A DNA stretch of 54,015 nt from Candidatus Moranbacteria bacterium GW2011_GWE2_35_2- (GCA_000990585.1 LBQD01000002.1:1-54015); one strand, 5' to 3'; numbered from the stretch's first letter, positions 9,895 through 20,305 are shown. The notes: generated by a model from the letters alone, not told the origin. Translations and numbers: made by a program.

Positions 9895-9973
9895 TAACAT
9901 AAAGCACACAATATAAAGCATAGAACATAACAATTTTAATTGTTTAATGTTTCATGTTTTATACCTCTTACAT
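9895..9973. repeat. Degenerate 7-nt periodic repeat (NA(A/G)CATA x5) followed by inverted copies
   Basis: taacata aagcaca caatata aagcata gaacata ... attgttt aatgttt catgttt. Confidence 0.6.
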
Positions 9974-9974
9974 A

Positions 9975-10976
9975 ATGGCTATTACAAACTCTAAGGAACA
10001 ATTTGAAGATAAAAAATTAGATATTACTTTACGTCCGCAAAGCTTCAATGATTATATTGGACAAGAAAAGACCAAAAGAAACCTAAAAATTCTCATAGAA
10101 GCCGCACAAAAAAGAAAAGAATCTATTGAACACGTTCTTCTTTATGGTCCGGCAGGACTTGGAAAAACCACCCTTTCACATATTATCGCCAAAGAATTGG
10201 GAGTAGGAATAAAAATTACTTCCGGACCGGCGATTGAACGTGTCGGTGATCTCGGGTCTATTCTCACAAATTTACAAGACGGAGATATTCTTTTTATCGA
10301 TGAAATCCACCGTCTCAACAAACTCATCGAAGAAGTTCTTTATCCAGCTATGGAAGATTACAAATTAGATATTATCGTCGGTAAAGGTCCGTCAGCCAGA
10401 ACACTCCAACTTGACTTACCTAAATTCACTTTGATAGGAGCCACTACCCGCCTCGGGTCAATCTCTAATCCTCTTCGCAACAGGTTCGGCGCAATTCACC
10501 GCTTGGAATTTTATTCTCCCGAAGAAATTAAAAAAATAATCAAGCGTTCGAGTACGATATTAGGAATTCCAATTAATGAAAAAGGATCTGAAATTATAGC
10601 TTCTTGCAGTCGACAGACGCCTCGCATCGCAAATCGAATTCTCAAAAGAGTCCGCGACTTAGCGCAAATACAAGACAAAGAAATTATCTGTGATAGTGTA
10701 GCCAAAGAAACATTACAAATGCTGGAAGTTGATCACGTTGGACTTGAACCGACCGATAGAATAATAATGAAAACAATTATTGAAAAATTCGACGGAGGAC
10801 CGGTTGGAATTGGAACTATTGCTGCTGCCACCTCTGAAGAAATACAAACAATTGAAGATGTCTATGAGCCCTACTTAATTCAACTTGGTTTTCTTGTGCG
10901 TACTCCACGCGGAAGAATGATAACTGAAAGAGGACTGCACCACTTAGGCTATGCACCAAAAAAAATAGATTTGTGA
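9975..10976 (+). CDS. ruvB: Holliday junction branch migration helicase RuvB
   Basis: [47 protein letters not shown]; start could be 9954 or 9975. Confidence 0.97.
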   Translation: MAITNSKEQFEDKKLDITLRPQSFNDYIGQEKTKRNLKILIEAAQKRKESIEHVLLYGPAGLGKTTLSHIIAKELGVGIKITSGPAIERVGDLGSILTNLQDGDILFIDEIHRLNKLIEEVLYPAMEDYKLDIIVGKGPSARTLQLDLPKFTLIGATTRLGSISNPLRNRFGAIHRLEFYSPEEIKKIIKRSSTILGIPINEKGSEIIASCSRQTPRIANRILKRVRDLAQIQDKEIICDSVAKETLQMLEVDHVGLEPTDRIIMKTIIEKFDGGPVGIGTIAAATSEEIQTIEDVYEPYLIQLGFLVRTPRGRMITERGLHHLGYAPKKIDL

Positions 10977-11016
10977 TATAATAATATCAATCACTTATTT
11001 TTAAATTTTTGAGAAA

Positions 11017-11268
11017 ATGTTTGCAATAATAAATATTCTTTATTTTATTGTTTTTATTAGCTATCTTTTGGCTTTTTCTTTTATTGTTTTTCATATTCTT
11101 CGCTACTCCATTAATTGGAAAAAATCCGCCATAATGCTTTTGGTTTTTATTCCAATTTTCTTTTTACTTCTTTCCTTCAATGTGGCTTCTTTTTCTTCTA
11201 TCGATTTTAGTGAATTTATAAATATTAATTTTGATGGATTTTCTGGATATAATAGATTTCCTTTATAA
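11017..11268 (+). CDS. Small two-TM membrane protein of unknown function
   Basis: 83-aa ORF with two hydrophobic helices, 2 nt upstream of the next gene. Confidence 0.7.
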   Translation: MFAIINILYFIVFISYLLAFSFIVFHILRYSINWKKSAIMLLVFIPIFFLLLSFNVASFSSIDFSEFININFDGFSGYNRFPL

Positions 11269-11270
11269 TA

Positions 11271-11810
11271 ATGAAAAGATTTTCAAATTATCATTTCAAT
11301 GGTCAACATAAAAACGAACAAATAATAAAAGTTGTTCGCCGCCATTGGTTCAATATTCTTCAGCAATTTTTGCTTTTTTTCGCTATTATCTTGATCATGT
11401 TCGTATCATTCGCATTGATTCCTTTTTTTTCACAAGATTTCACGAATACAGAATTTTCCGATTTATTTATATTTATTGAAAGTACTGTTGCGATGTTTGT
11501 CTGGCTTTTTATGTTTTTTGTTTGGATCGATTATTACTTTGACGTCTGGATTATTACAAATGAAAGAATTGTCAACATTGAACAAAAAGGCTTATTTTCG
11601 CGCTCCGTGAGTGAATTGGAATTTTCCAAAATCCAAGACGTCTCCACGGATGTAAAAGGAGTTATTCCCACGATACTCAATTTTGGAGAGGTTTATGTTC
11701 AAACAGCAGGAACTGCCGGAAAATTTATTTTCCACAAAATACCCGATCCTTACCACATAAAATCTATCATAATGACTTTACAAAAAAGAACAATACCAAA
11801 ACAAAATTAA
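11271..11810 (+). CDS. Membrane protein with a bacterial PH domain (bPH_2-like)
   Basis: Two TMs followed by WIITNERIVNIEQKGLF...IQDVS...FGEVYVQTAG. Confidence 0.85.
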   Translation: MKRFSNYHFNGQHKNEQIIKVVRRHWFNILQQFLLFFAIILIMFVSFALIPFFSQDFTNTEFSDLFIFIESTVAMFVWLFMFFVWIDYYFDVWIITNERIVNIEQKGLFSRSVSELEFSKIQDVSTDVKGVIPTILNFGEVYVQTAGTAGKFIFHKIPDPYHIKSIIMTLQKRTIPKQN

Positions 11811-11821
11811 TTATAATTTTA

Positions 11822-11850
11822 AAAAACTCCGGCATTATGCCGGAGTTTTT
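11822..11850. terminator. Bidirectional intrinsic terminator
   Basis: Perfect inverted repeat aaaaactccggcat-t-atgccggagttttt between convergent genes. Confidence 0.85.
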
Positions 11851-11887
11851 ATTTAACAAAACACAAATATGAACACGATCTAAAAAT

Positions 11888-14467
11888 CTAAAAATTCACA
11901 GAAACACTTTTAGACTCCGTATCAATATTGCCATTTTTATCTTCCACTTTTGCCTCAATTTTAATTGTTGTATTGTTTTTTTCTGTTGGAATATTATATA
12001 CAAAACTCAAAGATTTATTACTAGTGGATTTCACTTCACTTCCATCAATATCTATTTTAAGTTTCTTTATTCCATAAGGCACATTGGCAGATACTGATAT
12101 TTTCAATTTAGACATATCCCCTTCGGAAATTGAAAGGCTGATATTTGGAAGATATTTTTCAAAATCATCCTCCTTGCACTCATTTTTGGGAATTTCACCT
12201 ATAATATATTTCTTAGTTTCTTTGTTATTTTCATACCAATTTTTCACTCCTTTTTCCCAGCGATTAAATTGCGGATCATCTTCGGGATTCTTAGGAAAAT
12301 CTCCCTGCGGATCATCACGCTTCACATACCACAAGATACTATGTGCATCGACAAAGTCTTTTTCTTTAATATCGCTATCTTTGCAATATTTATTTGCTAA
12401 ACAATATTCATCCTTTTTTCCTGGAATCTCACAAACTTTCACATTTTTATCCACTTCAATATCTCCCTTCAATATTCCCTTTTTAATATCTTTCAAAAAT
12501 TCCTCAGGTTTATATTCTGGAAATTTTTCAACATTATAATTTCCCAGCACTTGATCCATAAAACTTCTCCAAATCGGAGCCGCCACATAACTTCCATCTG
12601 CTCCTTTTATCATAGGAGAATTATCATTATTTCCCGCCCAAACCCCCACCGCCAAAGATGGCGCATATCCCATTGTCCAACCATCTCGCCATTCATTAGT
12701 GGTTCCGGTTTTTGCCGCTACAGGACGATTATCAAATCGGAGCGGATTATTTTCACCAAAAACTGGTGCCCTGAATTTATTATTTGAAATGACATAATCA
12801 AGCATTGCCACATATTTTTCATCCACCACTTTTTCACCTTCCGTATCTTTATATTCTTCTACAATATTTCCTTTACTATCTTCAATTCGTAAGATTGCAT
12901 TTTTCGATTTGCGAACCCCTCCGTTTGCAAGCGTAGAAAAAGCCGCTGTATGATCCAATAATTTAACCTCTCCTCCACCCAAAACCAAAGAAAGCCCGTA
13001 CCTATCAGGATAATTTAATCCGGTTATTCCTAATTTTTTCGCCATTTCAGTTGCTTCTTTTACTCCAACCAAATAAAGAGTTTTTACCGCAGGAATATTA
13101 AGCGACATTCCCAATGCGTCCTGCATTTGGAGCGGACCTCGAAAATTTCCATCATAATTTTGCGGAGTATATTCTTTATCTGTTCCCGTATCAAAATTAG
13201 TTTCTACATCAAAAAGGGTTGTTTCCGGAAAATATCCCTTAGAGAAAGCAGTCAGATACACATAAGGCTTGAATGATGACCCAGGCTGACGATCACGAAT
13301 AGCCACATTTACATTACCATCAAATTTGCAGGTCTTTCCGGTAATACATCCTTCCGGAAAAGATTTTCCGAAATAATCTTTTGATCCGACCATTGCTAAA
13401 ATTTGACCGGTTTTTGGATCTATCGCCACCAAAGACGCATTCGCCGCACCGTACTTTTCTTGATTACTTTGCGCGCCTTCCGCCACCACCTTCTCGGCTA
13501 TTTGTTGTTTATTCCAGTCTAAAGTTGTATATACCTTCAATCCATCCTGTTCCAATGATTGATCGCCATATTTTGATTCGAGATATTCTTTAATATACAT
13601 CACAAAGTGCGGCGCAGAAATATTTTCCCTATTCGGAGTAAGTTTAGCAAAAACATCCGTTTGTTTTGCTTGACCAGCTTGTTCTGCAGTTATATATCCA
13701 ATCGTAGTCATTCTATCCAATGCCAATTCTTGTCGAGATTTTAAAGCTTCAACATGTGATCCATATGGAGAATAATATGTCGGGGCGTTAGGAAGGGCTG
13801 CAAGCATCGCCGCTTCATCCAAAGAAAGTTCGCGAGCTGATTTTCCGAAAAATGTCTGCGCGGCTGATTCAACCCCATAAGCATTCGAACCGTAAGGAAT
13901 TTCATTAAGATACATTCCTAATATTTCATCTTTGGAAAATTTTTGTTCAATTTCAAGAGATAAAATAACTTCTTTGATTTTTCGCGTATAGGTTTTTTCG
14001 GTTGTCAAAATTGAATTTTTAACAAATTGCTGAGTAATTGTCGATCCTCCTTGCGCTTTTCCACGATGCAAAAAATCTTTGAGAGCACTGCGAGCGATTG
14101 AACTCAATTTTATCCCATAATGAGTATAAAAATCTTGATCCTCAAGAGAAATAGCGGCATATTTAATACTATCGGGCATCTCAGAAAAAGGAATCAGGGT
14201 TCTTTTTTCTTCTCCGTGCACGTCATACAAAAGATGTTCGCCGGTGCGATCATATATTTTTGTTGATTCCGCCACTACTCTTTTGTTTATTTTTCCCGGA
14301 TCCGGCAAATCTTTGGAATAATAAATAAAAACTCCCGCCACAAATAAAATACCGACGACACTAAGGATTAGACCGGTTTTCCAAAAAATTTTCCACCAAT
14401 CACGCCATTTACCGCTTCTTGCGTCAGAATCTTTTTTAAAATTGTTACTTGTAAAGATATTTCTCAT
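11888..14467 (-). CDS. Class A penicillin-binding protein (PBP1A family) with a C-terminal Ig-like extension
   Basis: Glycosyltransferase motifs EDQDFYTH, GGSTITQQ, RKIKE; transpeptidase motifs SSFK, SLN, KTGT. Confidence 0.95.
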   Translation of the reverse strand: MRNIFTSNNFKKDSDARSGKWRDWWKIFWKTGLILSVVGILFVAGVFIYYSKDLPDPGKINKRVVAESTKIYDRTGEHLLYDVHGEEKRTLIPFSEMPDSIKYAAISLEDQDFYTHYGIKLSSIARSALKDFLHRGKAQGGSTITQQFVKNSILTTEKTYTRKIKEVILSLEIEQKFSKDEILGMYLNEIPYGSNAYGVESAAQTFFGKSARELSLDEAAMLAALPNAPTYYSPYGSHVEALKSRQELALDRMTTIGYITAEQAGQAKQTDVFAKLTPNRENISAPHFVMYIKEYLESKYGDQSLEQDGLKVYTTLDWNKQQIAEKVVAEGAQSNQEKYGAANASLVAIDPKTGQILAMVGSKDYFGKSFPEGCITGKTCKFDGNVNVAIRDRQPGSSFKPYVYLTAFSKGYFPETTLFDVETNFDTGTDKEYTPQNYDGNFRGPLQMQDALGMSLNIPAVKTLYLVGVKEATEMAKKLGITGLNYPDRYGLSLVLGGGEVKLLDHTAAFSTLANGGVRKSKNAILRIEDSKGNIVEEYKDTEGEKVVDEKYVAMLDYVISNNKFRAPVFGENNPLRFDNRPVAAKTGTTNEWRDGWTMGYAPSLAVGVWAGNNDNSPMIKGADGSYVAAPIWRSFMDQVLGNYNVEKFPEYKPEEFLKDIKKGILKGDIEVDKNVKVCEIPGKKDEYCLANKYCKDSDIKEKDFVDAHSILWYVKRDDPQGDFPKNPEDDPQFNRWEKGVKNWYENNKETKKYIIGEIPKNECKEDDFEKYLPNISLSISEGDMSKLKISVSANVPYGIKKLKIDIDGSEVKSTSNKSLSFVYNIPTEKNNTTIKIEAKVEDKNGNIDTESKSVSVNF

Positions 14468-14748
14468 TGCCTATTATATACGTATTATTTGCTTTTTATA
14501 ATATCATTAGGTGCCCACAATGATAGCACAAAAAAGCTCTTCCAGCAATAATATCATTTTACCATATTCAAAACCCTTAGTAAAAGCAAAAAACAAACTC
14601 GCTATTGAGTCTGTTTTTCATCATTTTCTTTTATTTTATATCCATGCCGAATTTTTCAAAAATCATTTTCTATTAAAAGCTCGGGGATTATTTACGTTAA
14701 AAAAATAAATAAATTATTTAACAATTTTTTAAATTTATTCACAATAAA

Positions 14749-15756
14749 TTAAGAAAAAAGATAATTCATTAAATTTGGAATCAAATAAATTGATTCTCCT
14801 TGAGTCGGATTACCATGAAATTGAACGGAGGGAAATGTTCCGTTTATTTCTATGATAATACCATCATTTTCAGTTAAAGGTTTTCGTATGTCAGGAGATA
14901 TTATATCTATTCCCACTATAGGAAGACCCAGAGTAGAAACAATATCTTTCCCCATTTTTACAAAATAAGGATGAATTTCATTTGTTACATTTATATATTC
15001 TCCGCCATCAAATCCACTAAAACACAGTGGAATTTTTTTATCTTCTTCTAGTACAGAGTCAAGGTTGTAATTTTCGGAAGCCAGTAATCGCTCAGTTTTT
15101 TCTGATATACTGATTTTTTTAAGTCTTCCTCCTTTTTGTCTTTCTTTATTGATTTTATTTTCAGTTTTAATAAGCTCTCTAATTGTTTTTTTCCCGTTTC
15201 CGGTAATATAAGCTGGTAAATTTTTCGTTGCAGCATATGATCCATCTGCTATATAAGTTATTCTATAATAATCTCCGGGAATATATTTTTCTATCAAAAT
15301 TTTTTTATCAAACTTTTTAGCCACCTTAAATGAATCTACTAATAATTTTTTATTATTAATATTTATAGTTATTCCCTCCCCTTCTGCGGAGCCCAGTGGC
15401 TTCACTACAACAGGAAAAGAAATTTTTTTGATTGCATCGACTAACTCTTTTTCACTATAAATTATCATCCCATCCGCCACCGGATATTCAAGTTTTTTCA
15501 GAAATTCCTTCGCTAAATGTTTATTTTTTGCAATACTCACACCAATAGGATTAGTTTTTGATGTTAACGCTCTATTTATCCAAAAATAATTAGATTCTTT
15601 TTTAAATATAAATATATTCTTTTTATCAAAAACTCTGTATATATCTAATTTATTCTCTATCGCATATCGCAATATTTCCCTGGATGTTCCTTGACCCATT
15701 TTTTTAAAATCATCAACTCCCATTTTCTTCAAATTTTTTATTATAGATAATTCCAT
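14749..15756 (-). CDS. Stand-alone ATP-grasp ligase of the cyanophycin synthetase/GshAB type
   Basis: KNKHLAK, FPVVVKP..S.EGEGI, IEKYIPG..YR, PAYITGNGKKTIRELI, GIDII, IIEING; no Mur-ligase domain. Confidence 0.8.
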   Translation of the reverse strand: MELSIIKNLKKMGVDDFKKMGQGTSREILRYAIENKLDIYRVFDKKNIFIFKKESNYFWINRALTSKTNPIGVSIAKNKHLAKEFLKKLEYPVADGMIIYSEKELVDAIKKISFPVVVKPLGSAEGEGITININNKKLLVDSFKVAKKFDKKILIEKYIPGDYYRITYIADGSYAATKNLPAYITGNGKKTIRELIKTENKINKERQKGGRLKKISISEKTERLLASENYNLDSVLEEDKKIPLCFSGFDGGEYINVTNEIHPYFVKMGKDIVSTLGLPIVGIDIISPDIRKPLTENDGIIIEINGTFPSVQFHGNPTQGESIYLIPNLMNYLFS

Positions 15757-15779
15757 CTAAATTATTTTTTTAATATTAA

Positions 15780-17552
15780 TTATTTACCTATATATGGAGA
15801 ACTTGCCATTAGATACAGAACATTTCTATGTTCAGAGCCCGCAAAACTATTTCTAGCATCAGGTGACGTTTTTTTATTTAATGTATCAACAAGAAAATTT
15901 CCATCAAAAGAAAAAGATCTACCCGCCTCTTCAAAAATATTTTTTTCAGAGGAAGCACTATAATTACAAAGCTTGGCACAAACAAGAAACTCAAATTTAT
16001 TATCCAAAGAAATATCATCGTATTTTTCCATTATAAGTTCGTCCATAAAATCTAACATTTTTTTATAGATAGGAATTTCTTCTAAAGGTATTTCATGACT
16101 ATAAAAACCAGAAGCTCCTATTATACAGTGCGTATAGAAATATATCTGCAGGGTTAATGCTTGCTCCCCTCCTTCATCTTGATAAAATTTACCTATTTTA
16201 TAAAGTTTCTTAATATCAATAATACAGGAAGATCCCAAATATTCTCTTACTAAATAGAAATAATTTATGGCATGCGTCGAAAGAATTCTTAACGCTTCGT
16301 CGTCATTTTCCAGATCTGTTTTAAGTTGAAGTAAATCATTATCAGAAACAAGTTTACTAATTTCATTTTTTACGTCTTTCTCATATAAAGAAAGTGCAAA
16401 AAGATATTTGAACAAAATCCCGAGAAAATTTTCTAGTTTATTATATTTTTTAAAAATAACCATGCGCTCCTCTCTGGCCACCATTTTTTCTCCATGTTCA
16501 CGAGTTTTCAAAAAAATATTTCTAAGATTAGACTCTAGTTCATAATCACTTTTCCCAAGATAAAAACTTTTTAGTTTATCCAATCCGGCTCTATAAAATT
16601 CTTCTTTATTCCAAAGATACATCCTGGAAAAATAATGGAATTTTTTATCCCATAAAAATTCTACATTTGAGTTATAAAAATCTAAAACACATTTTCTTGT
16701 GTCATTTTTTCCTCGTTTCATTAACTCTTGACAATGCAATAAAATTTCTTTTGCAACATCAACCCCTGTTGCAGCTTGAAATCCTTTCCACTGAGGAACA
16801 GTATTCACTTCCAAGAAAAAATATCTTTTCTGATTCTCATCATATATTACATCAACACCGCATAACGTAAGCTTAAAAATAGATGCCACAGTAGATCCTA
16901 TATGATGAAGTGGTTTTAAAATATCTGGATCGGTAATGTGCAAAGCGCTTCCTCCTTTAGAAATATTGTTGAGAAATCCCCCATCTTTTGCAATTCTCTT
17001 CATTACGCCAAGAACTTTTCCTCCCATCATAAAAACACGATAATCTCCTGAATTTTTAATAAAATTTTGATATACATTTCCTTTTGTAGAGACTATCTTT
17101 TTTTCAAGCTCATCTTTATTCCCGATAAGCTCCACGCCTTCTCCTTTCGATCCCTTAACTGGTTTCTGTATGAAGGGAAATTTAATTCTTTCATTAATAA
17201 TAGCCCTTAGCAAATCCTCTTTGGTTTCAAATAAAAACGAATCTATAGTATTAACAGTATTGGTACTTTTTCTCACATATTCTTGTTGAAAAAACTTATT
17301 TGTAGCGTTAGGAAAAATTGCCAAGCATTTATTTATAAGAATTCGAGATTTCATAATTTCTTCCATCACAGACTTTCTTTTAGAACCAGATCCGAGAGAT
17401 GAAGATCTCCACAATATTATATCACCTAAATTCTCTATTTCTTTCTTACTTGAAATATCTCTGACTTCCAAATCAAAAGAAAAATCAGCTGCAGCTTCTT
17501 TGAGTTTTTCAACTTGCCATTCAGTTGTTTTACATATAATAGATAGTTTCAT
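15780..17552 (-). CDS. RimK-like ATP-grasp ligase fused to a C-terminal DUF3541-like helical domain
   Basis: N-half: FPFIQKPVKGSKGEGV, QNFI..DYRV, NNISKGG, GVDVI, LEVNTVP; C-half: FHYFSRMYLW, YFYTHCII, EHRNVL. Confidence 0.8.
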   Translation of the reverse strand: MKLSIICKTTEWQVEKLKEAAADFSFDLEVRDISSKKEIENLGDIILWRSSSLGSGSKRKSVMEEIMKSRILINKCLAIFPNATNKFFQQEYVRKSTNTVNTIDSFLFETKEDLLRAIINERIKFPFIQKPVKGSKGEGVELIGNKDELEKKIVSTKGNVYQNFIKNSGDYRVFMMGGKVLGVMKRIAKDGGFLNNISKGGSALHITDPDILKPLHHIGSTVASIFKLTLCGVDVIYDENQKRYFFLEVNTVPQWKGFQAATGVDVAKEILLHCQELMKRGKNDTRKCVLDFYNSNVEFLWDKKFHYFSRMYLWNKEEFYRAGLDKLKSFYLGKSDYELESNLRNIFLKTREHGEKMVAREERMVIFKKYNKLENFLGILFKYLFALSLYEKDVKNEISKLVSDNDLLQLKTDLENDDEALRILSTHAINYFYLVREYLGSSCIIDIKKLYKIGKFYQDEGGEQALTLQIYFYTHCIIGASGFYSHEIPLEEIPIYKKMLDFMDELIMEKYDDISLDNKFEFLVCAKLCNYSASSEKNIFEEAGRSFSFDGNFLVDTLNKKTSPDARNSFAGSEHRNVLYLMASSPYIGK

Positions 17553-17568
17553 TATTTTTTAAAAATTA

Positions 17569-18975
17569 TTATTTATTAACATCCACCAAAAATCTTCCTA
17601 GATTCCTTTTTCCAATAATAGCTTGAAATTTTAATTCCTCTCTTTTTATTACATTAACACTTGCCGGGATTATTAAACTATCCATAATAAAATTTATTTT
17701 TATTGCTGGTCTTATAGAAACACCGTGAGAAGAATAAACAATATTGATATTGTCTAAATCAGAATGACCTGTTAAATATTTTTTTCGAAGTTCCTTCTCT
17801 ATTTTCGCAGCATCTTCTCGGGAAAAATTCTGTGGAAATTCTATTTTTTCAAAATAATTTAAAGCTTCTTCAAATCCCAGTTCTCTAGCCAGCTCTACAT
17901 CAATCGATGTCGACATAGCCCCGGTATCAATTTTCGCTTCGACTTCGACTTCTTTTCCATTTTTTCCAATGAGTTTTACTTTTTCCACGGTGCCGATCAC
18001 TCTTCGCCCGGAAATTTCTTCCAATTCCTCTTCAATCTCCCCTCCAAACAAATCCATTCCCACGCGTACTCCGCGCTTGATCGTTTTTATTTTAAGCCCC
18101 TCCACTCTTTCCAATCTTCCACGCAATCCCGCCAGATTGGCAATTTGAATGGAAAGTCCGGCGCGCGCATTAATCTCCACAAAAACCGGGCCTTTTTCCT
18201 TGTCAATCGCCACATCCGCGCCCAAAAAACCCAATCCGGAAATTTCTTGCGCTTTTACCGCCAATTCCAAGATATCTTTCCAGTAAGGAATTTTGATTCC
18301 GGAAAGCAAGAGTCTTGTTCCGGGAACATATTCAACAATTTTTGATTTTCCCTGGACGGCAGTAGTGGTGACTCCTGTTGCCAAATCAATTCCCAACCCA
18401 ATTCCTCCTTGTTGCAGATTGGCTTTTCCGCCGGATTCTTTTGTCGGGAGTCTAAGCATTGCCATTACTGGAACCTTGTTAAAAACAATCACGCGAATAT
18501 CGGGAATTCCCTTATAAGCATAAGTTTTAAATAATTTTAATAGCCTCAATCTTTCTTCAAAAAATGCAATGTCTCCTTCTCCGGAAATTGAAAAGTTTCC
18601 ATCCAAGATATTACGAATATGGTTTTTAATATCTTCAATGGTAATAATCGAGCCATCAGCTTTTACCCATGCATCATCCCATCCTTTTTTTCTTCCATAG
18701 ACGACCAGAATTCCTTCCCCCCCTAACCCTCTATTGGGTTTGAGAGCAAACCCAGATGGCAATTTACTCCAATCGAAATTGTCTAATTCTTTATGTGAAG
18801 AAATTTTTGCCAACAAATCAGGCACAGGAATTCCGCCTTTTTTCAAAACTCTTTTACTCAAAATTTTGTCGTCCGCCAATCTAATAGCTTTTTTTCTATT
18901 GTTAGGACGGATGTATTTGAGATTTCGGGAATTCATCCCTAAAATTTTGCGACTATTTTTTATAAATCTAAACAT
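17569..18975 (-). CDS. Alpha-L-glutamate ligase-like ATP-grasp (ATPgrasp_ST type) fused to a retropepsin-like (RimB-type) aspartic peptidase
   Basis: LGMNSRN, ADDK, KPNRGLGGEGI, GIPDIRVI, AMLRLPT.ES.GKANL.QG, EINARAGLSIQIAN; C-terminal AKIDTGAMSTSID and IIGKRNL. Confidence 0.88.
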   Translation of the reverse strand: MFRFIKNSRKILGMNSRNLKYIRPNNRKKAIRLADDKILSKRVLKKGGIPVPDLLAKISSHKELDNFDWSKLPSGFALKPNRGLGGEGILVVYGRKKGWDDAWVKADGSIITIEDIKNHIRNILDGNFSISGEGDIAFFEERLRLLKLFKTYAYKGIPDIRVIVFNKVPVMAMLRLPTKESGGKANLQQGGIGLGIDLATGVTTTAVQGKSKIVEYVPGTRLLLSGIKIPYWKDILELAVKAQEISGLGFLGADVAIDKEKGPVFVEINARAGLSIQIANLAGLRGRLERVEGLKIKTIKRGVRVGMDLFGGEIEEELEEISGRRVIGTVEKVKLIGKNGKEVEVEAKIDTGAMSTSIDVELARELGFEEALNYFEKIEFPQNFSREDAAKIEKELRKKYLTGHSDLDNINIVYSSHGVSIRPAIKINFIMDSLIIPASVNVIKREELKFQAIIGKRNLGRFLVDVNK

Positions 18976-19048
18976 GAATCATTAAGCATAGAACACACGA
19001 CATAAAAACATAAAAAATACGTTTCGTTATGTATTACTATATTGAAAA

Positions 19049-19717
19049 TTACATCCCCTTAAACACTTCTCGAAATCGATAGTACTCGCTAAATCGCAAT
19101 CCAGTCCATTTACCAAGAAAAAAATTAATCGGAATTGTCAAAAGAACTACCCATGGATGATATATAATCATATTGATGATTATATTCAGTCCGACCAAAT
19201 AGAAACAGACCAGGGAAATCATCAATGTTTCCAAGGCTAAAAGCACAGCTGTTCGATTTCCCTTCTCAATCTGCGTTGCCACAAATTTCTCCACAATCGC
19301 AATCATAATTAGAAGTGGAAAAATAGAAACAGAGGCCAATCCTGTTCGTTGCAAAGATCCTCCGAAAACTAAAATTGCCAAAATTGCAAATGAAACGATT
19401 GTAAGTGTTATTGCCACACGAGGAAGATACAATAAGCGCAATTTTTTAAGTAAATAACGCGCAATCATCCCAGCTATAATAACGCTTATAAAAATTATCG
19501 TTCCATATTTTACTCCGGAAAATCCATTATTATTATTGATTCTCATCGCCATAAAAGCCAACGTAACAATCATTGGAGTATAAATTCCAAAAGCTTTTAT
19601 CCCGAAAACCTGGCGAAAAAAAGCAATTATAGTGGCGATTATCGGAAACATCAAAATCAATATAACAGTCTCCAACGGAACGCCTTGATGAACAAAATAG
19701 TTTATTATCGGATGCAT
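19049..19717 (-). CDS. Multi-pass membrane protein of the 7TM_transglut type (membrane domain only)
   Basis: FFRQVFGIKAFGIYTP, LLYLPR, FPLLIM, GKWTGLRFSEYYRFR; sits directly upstream of the ATP-grasp gene as expected for this family. Confidence 0.85.
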   Translation of the reverse strand: MHPIINYFVHQGVPLETVILILMFPIIATIIAFFRQVFGIKAFGIYTPMIVTLAFMAMRINNNNGFSGVKYGTIIFISVIIAGMIARYLLKKLRLLYLPRVAITLTIVSFAILAILVFGGSLQRTGLASVSIFPLLIMIAIVEKFVATQIEKGNRTAVLLALETLMISLVCFYLVGLNIIINMIIYHPWVVLLTIPINFFLGKWTGLRFSEYYRFREVFKGM

Positions 19718-19817
19718 GGATTAAAATTTCTAATTTATAATTTCTAATTTCTGAACAATATAAAATGATGAAATTTTGAAATTAAAAACTTAGATTTTAT
19801 TTATAAAATTATAAAAT

Positions 19818-20303
19818 TTAAAAATTATTCATTTTTCGACTATTAAGATGGCAGATAGCGATGGCGATAGCATCGGCAGTGTCGTCCGGCTTAGGGATTT
19901 CTTTTAATTTCAAAATACTTTTCACCATAATCTGGATTTGTTTTTTTTCCGCCCGCCCGTATCCCGTGAGCGCCTGTTTTACTTGAAGCGGAGTATATTC
20001 AAAAATTTTCAATCCCATTTTTTCCAATGCTAACAATATTCCTCCACGAGACTGACTCACTTTCATTACCGTTTTAATATTTTTAAAAAAAAACAAATCT
20101 TCTACCACCCCTTCAGTCGGACTATATTTCCGAATAATGTTTTCAATATCATCTGCCACTTCCTTGATTCTTTCAGACGTACTGCGTTTTGGCGAAGTGG
20201 AAATATGACCGTATGCAATCGGAACTATTTTTCCATCATCCTCTTCTAAAATCGCCCATCCAGTTGTTGCCGTCCCAGGATCTATGCCTAAAATGCGTAA
20301 CAT
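19818..20303 (-). CDS. ruvC: Holliday junction endodeoxyribonuclease RuvC
   Basis: ILGIDPG, EDLFF, YTPLQVKQALTGYGRAEK, PDDTADAIAIAICH. Confidence 0.96.
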   Translation of the reverse strand: MLRILGIDPGTATTGWAILEEDDGKIVPIAYGHISTSPKRSTSERIKEVADDIENIIRKYSPTEGVVEDLFFFKNIKTVMKVSQSRGGILLALEKMGLKIFEYTPLQVKQALTGYGRAEKKQIQIMVKSILKLKEIPKPDDTADAIAIAICHLNSRKMNNF

Positions 20304-20305
20304 TA

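Noticed and set aside
14511-14708. 65-aa ORF in the spacer between the PBP and ATP-grasp genes
   Set aside because: GTG start, no SD or motif, and it occupies the probable PBP promoter region
14749-15756. Calling this gene cyanophycin synthetase (cphA) or gshAB
   Set aside because: Only the ATP-grasp part is present; the Mur-ligase and glutamate-cysteine ligase domains are absent
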